Shown here: positions 26,337-33,808 of the stretch, one piece after another
Layout: every line of letters starts with the position of its first letter
Position numbering within the stretch: position 1 is the first letter of the stretch
Assembly: GCA_004366205.1 (NCBI GenBank)
Contig: SIRW01000009.1
Location: 4,997-68,996, forward strand
DNA length: 64,000 nt
From: Actinomycetota bacterium
GTDB lineage: Bacteria > Actinomycetota > Acidimicrobiia > Acidimicrobiales > CADCSY01
Direction of reading: 5' to 3'
Position numbers and translations under genes: made by a program
The notes under the pieces: generated by a model
What the model was told of the DNA's origin: nothing
The model's input: the letters and a program-made list of their open reading frames with translations, nothing else
Databases searched by the model: none

Positions 26337-27896
26337 GTGCCCCCCGCCGCCCCCGCCACCCCGGCCGCCCCCGTCCCCACCCCCGGTGCGCTGCCCGACC
26401 ACGTGCGCGTCGCCGTCGTCGGCACCGGGTTCGCCGGGCTCGGCGCCGCCATCACCCTCACCCGCGACGGCGTCGACCACGTCGTGCTCGAGCGGGCGAG
26501 CGACGTCGGCGGCACGTGGCGCGACAACGTCTATCCGGGCTGCCGCTGCGACGTCCCGTCCCACCTGTATTCGTTCTCGTTCGCCCCGAACCCCGAGTGG
26601 TCCGAGACCTACTCGCCGCAGGGGGAGATCTGGGAGTACCTCCGGCGGACGGCCGCCGAGCACGGCGTGCTCGACCGGGTCCGGTTCGGCCACGAGGTGC
26701 TCGAGCTGGTCTGGGAGGACGAGCGTCAGCGCTGGCGGGTGGTCACCTCCCGCGGCACGCTCACCGCCGACGTCGTGCTCCTGGGCAACGGCCCGCTCGC
26801 CGAGCCCGCCATCCCCGAGCTTCCCGGCCTCGACCGCTTCGCCGGCACGACGTTCCACTCCGCCCGCTGGCGGACCGACCACGACCTGCGAGGCGAGCGG
26901 GTCGCGGTGATCGGCACCGGCGCCTCGGCGATCCAGTTCGTGCCGGCCATCCAGCCCGATGTCGCCCACCTCACCCTCTTCCAGCGGACTGCGCCGTGGG
27001 TGCTGCCCCACACCAACCGGCGCATCACGCCCCTCGAGCGGGCCGTCTATCGGCGGGTTCCGGCTGCCCAGCGCCTCGTGCGCGGGCTCGTGTACTGGTC
27101 CCGCGAGCTGTTCGCCACCGCGCTGGTACGCAACAGCCGGTTCCTCGAGCGGCTCGAGCGCATCGGCCGCCGGCACCTCGAGCGCCAGGTGGCCGATCCC
27201 GACCTGCGGGCCCGCCTCACGCCCGACTACCGGCCGGGCTGCAAGCGCCTGCTGCTGTCGAACGACTACTACCCCTCGTTGCAGCAGCCCAACGTGGAGG
27301 TGGTCACCGAGAAGATCGTCGAGGTGCTGCCCCACGCCGTCTTCACCGCCGACGGCACCGAGCACGAGGTCGACACGATCATCTTCGGGACGGGCTTCCG
27401 GGTGGCGGACAACCCCGTCGCCGAGCGGGTGCGGGGCCGGGAGGGCCGCACCCTCGCCGAGGTGTGGGGGGACGGCGGAGCCCGGGCCTACAACGGCACG
27501 GCCGTCACCGGGTTCCCCAACCTTTTCCTCCTGGCCGGCCCCAACACGGGCATCGGCCACACCTCGCTCGTCGTCATGATCGAGGCCCAGCTGACCTACA
27601 TCCGGGACGCGCTGCGGGTGATGGACGAGACCGGCGCCGCCACCGTCGAGGTGCGCCCGACCGTCCTGGCGGCGTGGTCCGCCCGCGTGCAGCGCCGCGC
27701 CGCCCGCACGGTGTGGAACTCCGGCGGCTGCGCCAGCTGGTACCTCGACCGGGACGGCCGCAACGTCACGATCTGGCCCGACCACACCTTCCGGTTCGTG
27801 CGGCGCACCCGCCGCTTCGACGCCGCCCGCTACGAGCTCACCGCACCGGTCGAGCAGCCGCCGGTCGCCGCTGCCACCACCGGGGTGGTCGACTGA
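26337..27896 (+). CDS. Flavin-containing / Baeyer-Villiger-type monooxygenase
   Basis: GTGFAGLG (FAD), DVGGTWRDNVYPGCRCD, second dinucleotide motif GTGASAIQ. Confidence 0.85.
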   Translation: MPPAAPATPAAPVPTPGALPDHVRVAVVGTGFAGLGAAITLTRDGVDHVVLERASDVGGTWRDNVYPGCRCDVPSHLYSFSFAPNPEWSETYSPQGEIWEYLRRTAAEHGVLDRVRFGHEVLELVWEDERQRWRVVTSRGTLTADVVLLGNGPLAEPAIPELPGLDRFAGTTFHSARWRTDHDLRGERVAVIGTGASAIQFVPAIQPDVAHLTLFQRTAPWVLPHTNRRITPLERAVYRRVPAAQRLVRGLVYWSRELFATALVRNSRFLERLERIGRRHLERQVADPDLRARLTPDYRPGCKRLLLSNDYYPSLQQPNVEVVTEKIVEVLPHAVFTADGTEHEVDTIIFGTGFRVADNPVAERVRGREGRTLAEVWGDGGARAYNGTAVTGFPNLFLLAGPNTGIGHTSLVVMIEAQLTYIRDALRVMDETGAATVEVRPTVLAAWSARVQRRAARTVWNSGGCASWYLDRDGRNVTIWPDHTFRFVRRTRRFDAARYELTAPVEQPPVAAATTGVVD

Positions 27897-28729
27897 TGGC
27901 CCGCCGCCCACCCACGACCAGCTTCGCCGGCGCCCTCGTCCTCGTCACCGGGGCCGGCAGCGGCATCGGGCGGGCCACCGCCCTCGCCTTCGCCGAACGG
28001 GGCGCCCGGGTCGTGAGCGTCGACCTCGACGGGGAGGCCGCCGAGAAGACCGCGGCCCGCTGCGCCGAGGCCGGGGCCGCCGGCGCCGGCGCCCACACCG
28101 TCGACGTGGCCGACCGCCCGGCCATGGAGGCTCTGGCCCACCGGGTGCACCTCGAGCACGGCCCCCTCGACGTGCTCGTCAACAACGCCGGGGTCGGCAT
28201 GAGCGGCGCCTTCGCCGACATGTCCGCAGAGGACTGGACCTGGATCCGCGGCGTGAACCTCGACGGTGTGGTCAACGGCTGCGCCGCGTTCGGCCCCGCC
28301 ATGCTCGAGCGGGGCCGGGGCCACGCGGTGAACCTGTCGTCGGGCCTCGGGTACACGCCCACCGCCACCGAGCCGGGCTACGTGACGACCAAGGCGGCCG
28401 TCCTCGCCCTGTCGCAGTGCCTGCGGGCCGACTGGCGGCGCCACGGCGTGGGCGTCACCGCCGTGTGCCCCGGCGTGATCGACACGCCGATCATCCACCA
28501 CACCCGGTTCCTCGGTGAGCTCGACGACCCCGAGACGCGGCACCGCACCGAGGCGCTGTTCCGCCGGGGCCATGCCCCCGAGAAGGTGGCGCGGGCGATC
28601 GTCCGGGCCGTCGAGCGTGACGCCGTGGTGGTGCCGGTCGGGGTCGAGGCCCGCATCGGTTGGGCCTTGCACCGCTACGCCCCCCTCGCGCTGCAGCAGC
28701 TCGTCGCCCGGCGGGGGGCTCGGCGCTGA
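27896..28729 (+). CDS. SDR family oxidoreductase
   Basis: The ATG shares one base with the upstream TGA. Motifs TGAGSGIGRA, NNAGV and YVTTK. Confidence 0.85.
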   Translation: MARRPPTTSFAGALVLVTGAGSGIGRATALAFAERGARVVSVDLDGEAAEKTAARCAEAGAAGAGAHTVDVADRPAMEALAHRVHLEHGPLDVLVNNAGVGMSGAFADMSAEDWTWIRGVNLDGVVNGCAAFGPAMLERGRGHAVNLSSGLGYTPTATEPGYVTTKAAVLALSQCLRADWRRHGVGVTAVCPGVIDTPIIHHTRFLGELDDPETRHRTEALFRRGHAPEKVARAIVRAVERDAVVVPVGVEARIGWALHRYAPLALQQLVARRGARR

Positions 28730-29730
28730 TGGCCGAGCGCACGCTGGTCGCCGCGGGCGCCGCCGTCGCCGGCGCCGCCCTCACCGCCGCCGCGGTCCGG
28801 CGGGCCGACCGCCGCTGGGGCGAGGCCGACGATCCCTGCCGGCCCGCCGACCGCCTCCTGCCCGCCGGCGAGCGGACCGTGGTCGAGACCGACGACGGCG
28901 CCGGTCTCGCCACCACCGTCGCCGGGGAGGGGCCCCCGGTCGTGCTCGCCCACTGCTGGACGGGCGGCAGGGAGGTGTGGGCACCGGTGGCGCACCGGCT
29001 CATCGCCCGCGGCCACCGGGTCGTGCTGTACGACCAGCGTGGCCACGGTTCGTCGACCGTCGGTGAGGCTGGGTTCAGCATCGAGCGCCTCGGCACCGAC
29101 CTGCGGTGCGTGCTCGAGCACCTCGACGTCGTCGACGCCGTCCTTGCCGGCCACTCCATGGGCGGCATGGCCGTCCAGTCGCTCGTCGCCCACCATCCCG
29201 ACGTCGTGGACGACCGTGCCCGGGCGCTGGTGCTGGTGAGCACGGCGGCGGCCGGGCTCAGCCGCGGGCCAGCCGACGCCGGCGCCACCCGGCTCGTCGC
29301 CAGCCGGTGGGTCGAGCGGCTCCTGGCCAGCCGGGTCGGCCACGCCCTCGTGCGGGGCACCGTCGGCGCCGAGGTGCGCAAGCGCCACCTCGAGCTGACC
29401 CGCGACCTGTTCGTCGCCTGCCCCCCCGACACCCGCGCGGGCTGCCTGGGCGCCATGCAGGTGATGGACCTGCGCGAGGGCGTGGCCCGGGCCGGGGTGC
29501 CCGTAACCGTGCTCGTCGGCACCCGCGACCGGCTGACGCCCCCCGGCCACGCCGAGGAGCTGGCCACGGCCGTGCCCGCCGCCGAGCTGACCACCGTCGA
29601 CGACCTCGGTCACATGCTCCCGCTGGAGGCGCCCGACGAGGTCGCCGAGGTGATCGCGGCGCAGGGGTCCCGGGCGGTCACGCCGCCGGCGCCGGCTTCT
29701 TCCCCGCCGGCTTCCCCGCCGGCTCGGTGA
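28729..29730 (+). CDS. Alpha/beta hydrolase
   Basis: The ATG shares one base with the upstream TGA. Motifs HCWTG and nucleophile elbow GHSMGG. Confidence 0.8.
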   Translation: MAERTLVAAGAAVAGAALTAAAVRRADRRWGEADDPCRPADRLLPAGERTVVETDDGAGLATTVAGEGPPVVLAHCWTGGREVWAPVAHRLIARGHRVVLYDQRGHGSSTVGEAGFSIERLGTDLRCVLEHLDVVDAVLAGHSMGGMAVQSLVAHHPDVVDDRARALVLVSTAAAGLSRGPADAGATRLVASRWVERLLASRVGHALVRGTVGAEVRKRHLELTRDLFVACPPDTRAGCLGAMQVMDLREGVARAGVPVTVLVGTRDRLTPPGHAEELATAVPAAELTTVDDLGHMLPLEAPDEVAEVIAAQGSRAVTPPAPASSPPASPPAR

Positions 29731-30589
29731 GCGGCTCGGCCGGCGCCTCCGGCGTCGCGACCGGCAGCGGGTCGTACGCCGCCGGGTCGGCCAGGTAGCC
29801 CCGGAAGATCCGGGCCATGGTGGCCGCCTGGTAGCCGTCCACGAAGCGGTGGTCGATGCCCACCGCGAGCGGCAGGATCGGCCGGGCGACGACGGCGCCG
29901 TCCTCGACGACGGCCATGTCCTTCACCGTGCCGACCGTGACCCACAGCGGCACGTGGCACACCGTCGCCATGGGGACGATCGCCCGGTCAAGCCCGAACG
30001 TGCCCACGTTGGTGACGAGCATCGACCCGAATGGCCGGGCCTCGAGCCCGAGCGGCGGCACCGGGAGCTGCAGGTCCTCGCAGACGAACGTGGTCAGCTC
30101 GAGCAGCGGCCGCAAGAGCAGCGGCGGCAGCAGCTCGGTGAGCGCCTTGGTGCGCGTGAACTGCGGATCGCGGTGCTCCCGAATGCGCCGGGCCCGCTCG
30201 TCGATCTCGTCGGCGATCTCCCAGGGCGTCTTGCGGTCGACGCTGCGGATGACCGTGCCCGACAGGTCGGTGGCCTGGGCCTCCTCCCCGTCCTCGGTGA
30301 CCTGCGGCCGCATCGAGACGGTGAAGAACACGTCGGCCGTCGGCGACGGGCGGAAGCTGCCAGCGACGACCCGGCCGTTCAGGACGGGCAACGCCTCGAG
30401 GACCTTGCCGCCGGCGCGGCCGACGAGGTGCATCATCGTGACGTGCGAGCCCGTCGCGGCCCGGGCGGCCTCGATGTAGTCGAGGGCGGGTCGGGCGTCG
30501 ATGTCGACCTCGGCGAAGATCCACCCGTCCGTGCGTGGTCGCCACGTCGCCATGGCGATCTTCCGCCACTGTGAGAACCCCTTGCTCAC
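29678..30589 (-). CDS. 2-oxoacid dehydrogenase acyltransferase catalytic-domain-only protein
   Basis: 303 aa with the DHRFVDG catalytic motif. No lipoyl or E3-binding domains. Confidence 0.75.
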   Translation of the reverse strand: MSKGFSQWRKIAMATWRPRTDGWIFAEVDIDARPALDYIEAARAATGSHVTMMHLVGRAGGKVLEALPVLNGRVVAGSFRPSPTADVFFTVSMRPQVTEDGEEAQATDLSGTVIRSVDRKTPWEIADEIDERARRIREHRDPQFTRTKALTELLPPLLLRPLLELTTFVCEDLQLPVPPLGLEARPFGSMLVTNVGTFGLDRAIVPMATVCHVPLWVTVGTVKDMAVVEDGAVVARPILPLAVGIDHRFVDGYQAATMARIFRGYLADPAAYDPLPVATPEAPAEPLTEPAGKPAGKKPAPAA

Positions 30590-30601
30590 TGCGCTCTCCT
30601 C

Positions 30602-31363
30602 TCAGTCGCCGCCGATGAAGCCGATGCGCACGGCGGACACCGCCCACACCCGGCCGTCCTCGGCGCTCTCGGTGTAGAGGACGAGCGCGCCCCACCCGCC
30701 CGGTGGCACGTCGATGGGGATCTCGCCCTCGAACGGGCCCAGCTCGGAGCCGCCGCTGCCGGTGACGACGCCCTCGCCGATCGGCTCGGTGCTGCCGTCG
30801 GCGTAGACCGCGACCTGCACCGTGCCCTCGAAGGCCCGGGCCCGGCCGGAGACCAGCAGCGGGTGGTCGACGCCCGACTGCGGCTGCGGGTCCTCGATCA
30901 CGATGTCCTCGTTGACCGCGCCGATCACCCACCAGGAGTCGTCGCCGGGCACGAGCTGGCGCACCAGGACCGTGCTCACGGGACCGTCCAGGGTGGGTCG
31001 GACCTCCACCTCGCCGGACCGGCTGTCGCCCTGCTGGAAGTCGCCGAGCACGGGGTCGGTGAAGCCGGCCAGGTCGACCGCGAAGGAGCGGGCCGCGTCG
31101 ACGGGATCGTCGAAGCGGGTGTCGCCCGCCGTGTCCGGCCACAGCGCGAACGCCCGCACGTCGGGCGAGATCGCCGTGGCCGTGCCGTCGTCGGGCGTGG
31201 TGGTCGTGGTCGCTTCGGCGGTGGTGGTCGTGCCGTCGGCCGCGCCGGTGCTGCCGTCATCACCGCAGCCGGAGAGCGAGCTGAACGCCAGCAGAACGAC
31301 GACGAGCGCGACCGAGGCCGTGGCCCCGGCGTGCTGTCGGGATGACGGGTGCGGTGCTCTCAT
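30602..31363 (-). CDS. Lipoprotein with a Gmad2-type Ig-like C-terminal domain
   Basis: Lipobox LSGCG after a signal peptide, a Thr-rich linker, then VSGRARAFEGTVQVAVYADG... Confidence 0.7.
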   Translation of the reverse strand: MRAPHPSSRQHAGATASVALVVVLLAFSSLSGCGDDGSTGAADGTTTTAEATTTTTPDDGTATAISPDVRAFALWPDTAGDTRFDDPVDAARSFAVDLAGFTDPVLGDFQQGDSRSGEVEVRPTLDGPVSTVLVRQLVPGDDSWWVIGAVNEDIVIEDPQPQSGVDHPLLVSGRARAFEGTVQVAVYADGSTEPIGEGVVTGSGGSELGPFEGEIPIDVPPGGWGALVLYTESAEDGRVWAVSAVRIGFIGGD

Positions 31364-31440
31364 GGACCCATTGACGCGCCGAGCCGACGGGAGCCGGCAG
31401 GGCCGAAGGTCACGTTGGGTCCGCCCGGTACGGTGACGTC

Positions 31441-33015
31441 ATGCCCCTCCCGTCCGTTGTGCCCGGAAGCGTCGACGAGCTGGCCGTCGACTACGCCCGG
31501 CTGGTGCGCGACCACGACCCCGTGGCCGCCACCCAGCTGGGCATCCACGAGCGGGACCACGAGCTGCCCGAGATCGACGAGGCGTCCCTCGACGCCCGCC
31601 GCCGGGCCCTGCGCGCCCTGCTCGAGCGCGCCGCGGCCACGCCGGCTGACGGCGCCGGCGAGCTCGACCGGCGCGGCCTCGTGGCCTTGCTGCACCGGGA
31701 CCTGATCGAGCTCGAGGTGACCCGATCGCACCACCGGAACCCGCTCGTCGCCCCCCGCAGCGCGGTCAGCTCGGTGTTCCTCGTGTCGGTGCGCGACTTC
31801 CTGCCCGCCGACCACCGCCGGCGGGCGATCGCCGGGCGCTGCGCGGCCGTGCCGGGGTACCTGGCCGCGTCCCGCAAGCTGCTCGAACCGGTGTCGGTGC
31901 CACCCCTGTGGGCGCAGCTGGCTGTGGCCTCGGCCGCCGCTGGCGCGTCCTTCTTCCGCGACGCAGTCCCCGCCGCCGTGCCGGAGGCCGCCGACGCCGC
32001 CTCGGCCGCGGCGGACGCCCTCGACGCCCACGCCGCCTGGATCCAGGACGAGGTGGCGCCCGTCGCCCGTGGCGATCTCGCCGCCGGGCGGGACACCGTC
32101 GCCCGGCTGCTCGCCGACCACCACCTCCTCGACGAGACCCCTGAGAGCCTGCAACGGCGCGGCGAGGAGCTGCTCGCCCGCACCCGAGCCCTGCTGGTCG
32201 AGGCCGCCGGCACCGACGACTGGGCCGCGCGCCTCGCCGAGGTGAAGGCCGACCATCCTGACGCCGACGGCCTGCTCGACGCCTACCGGGCCGAGGTCGA
32301 CCGGCTGCGGCGCTACTGCCTCGACAACGACCTCGTCACCGACCCCGAGGCCGACGCCACCGTCGAGGCCACCCCACCGTTCCTGCGGCCCGTGATGGGC
32401 TACGCCGCCTACCTGCCCATGGGGCCGTTCGACGAGCACCGGGTGGGGAGGCTCTGGATCACGCCGCCGGCCGACCCGTCCGGCCTGGCCGACCACGCTC
32501 ATGCCCTCATCCCCGCCATCGCCGGTCACGAGGGCTACCCCGGCCACCACCTCCAGCTCACCTCGGTGAACCGGCTGGCGTCACCGACCCGCCGGCTCTC
32601 GATCTCGACGGTGATGATCGAGGGCTGGGGGCTCTACGTCGAGGAGCTGCTCGCCGAGGTCGGCTACTACACGCCCGAGGCCCGGCTCGCCCAGCTCGCC
32701 ATGACCGCCCTGCGGGCCGCCCGCATCGTGGCTGACATGGGCCTGCACACGGGGGCCATGACCGTCGAGGAGGCCGTCGACCTGCTGGTCGCCGAGGCCG
32801 GCCTCGCCCGGACCACCGCCACGTCCGAGGTCAGCCGCTACACCATGTCGCCCACCCAGCCCAGCAGCTACCTGATCGGCGCCGAGGAGATCCGCCGCAT
32901 CCGGGCGGCGTACCGCGACACCACCGGTGCGTCGCTGCGGGCCTTCCACGACGCCCTGCTGTCCTACGGGCACCTGCCTCCGGCGCTGGCGGCCGAGGGC
33001 CTGCTGGCGGCCTGA
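31441..33015 (+). CDS. DUF885 family protein (metallopeptidase-like)
   Basis: 524 aa with the GHEGYPGHHLQ motif typical of DUF885. Confidence 0.75.
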   Translation: MPLPSVVPGSVDELAVDYARLVRDHDPVAATQLGIHERDHELPEIDEASLDARRRALRALLERAAATPADGAGELDRRGLVALLHRDLIELEVTRSHHRNPLVAPRSAVSSVFLVSVRDFLPADHRRRAIAGRCAAVPGYLAASRKLLEPVSVPPLWAQLAVASAAAGASFFRDAVPAAVPEAADAASAAADALDAHAAWIQDEVAPVARGDLAAGRDTVARLLADHHLLDETPESLQRRGEELLARTRALLVEAAGTDDWAARLAEVKADHPDADGLLDAYRAEVDRLRRYCLDNDLVTDPEADATVEATPPFLRPVMGYAAYLPMGPFDEHRVGRLWITPPADPSGLADHAHALIPAIAGHEGYPGHHLQLTSVNRLASPTRRLSISTVMIEGWGLYVEELLAEVGYYTPEARLAQLAMTALRAARIVADMGLHTGAMTVEEAVDLLVAEAGLARTTATSEVSRYTMSPTQPSSYLIGAEEIRRIRAAYRDTTGASLRAFHDALLSYGHLPPALAAEGLLAA

Positions 33016-33092
33016 CCCGGTGGCCCGGCGCGGCGAGGTCCGGGTGGGCTGCCCGGGCTGGGTCGAGGCGCACCGCACCTGGCTGCGAGACC

Positions 33093-33123
33093 GCTAGCGG
33101 CGCGGCTGAGCCGCGCCGCTAGC
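33093..33123 (+). terminator. Hairpin GCTAGCGGCGCGGC-TGA-GCCGCGCCGCTAGC
   Basis: Perfect 14-bp stem with a 3-nt loop, about 80 nt after the DUF885 stop. It ends 10 nt before ATG 33134. Confidence 0.5.
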
Positions 33124-33133
33124 CTCTCGGGCG

Positions 33134-33808
33134 ATGGGAAGCGCCGCTCGGCTCGCCACCGACGTGCACGGCCTCGTGAAGCCCGTGCTGCGGGGCCACA
33201 TCCACCTGGCCGCCTTCGTCGCCTCGATCCCCGCGGCGGGCTGGCTGGTCGCCCACGCCTCGTCGGCCACGGCCCGCACCGGCGCCGCCGTGTACGCCGC
33301 GTCGGTGGTCGCCCTGTTCGGCGCCAGCGCCGCCTACCACCGCCTCGGCCGCACCGAGCGGGCCCAGCGGTGGCTGCGGCGCGTCGACCACTCCACGATC
33401 TTCCTGTTGATCGCCGGGACGTACACCCCGATCTGCCTGCTCGCCCTCCAGGGCACGCTGCGCTGGGTGCTGCTGGTCGCCGTGTGGGGTGTCGCCCTCA
33501 CCGGTGCGGTGCTCAAGCTGGTGACGTTCGACCCGGTCCGGGTGCTCGGCGCCGTGCTCTACATCGCCCTGGGCTGGGTCGGCGTGCTCGCCACGCCGCA
33601 GCTCGTCCAGCACCTGCCCGTCTCGTCGCTCTCGCTGCTCGCCGTGGGCGGCGTGCTCTACACGGTCGGTGCGGTTTTCCTCATGCGCCGCTGGCCCGAC
33701 CCCCTGCCCCGCGTCTTCGGCTACCACGAGGTGTGGCACTCCCTCGTCGTGGTCGCCGGCGTGTGCCACTACGTCGCCGTGTTCCACGTCGTGTCGGGGG
33801 CGGCCTGA
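33134..33808 (+). CDS. Hemolysin III / PAQR family membrane protein
   Basis: Seven hydrophobic segments. Motifs YHRL...RVDHSTIFLLIAGTYTP and HEVWH. Confidence 0.85.
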   Translation: MGSAARLATDVHGLVKPVLRGHIHLAAFVASIPAAGWLVAHASSATARTGAAVYAASVVALFGASAAYHRLGRTERAQRWLRRVDHSTIFLLIAGTYTPICLLALQGTLRWVLLVAVWGVALTGAVLKLVTFDPVRVLGAVLYIALGWVGVLATPQLVQHLPVSSLSLLAVGGVLYTVGAVFLMRRWPDPLPRVFGYHEVWHSLVVVAGVCHYVAVFHVVSGAA

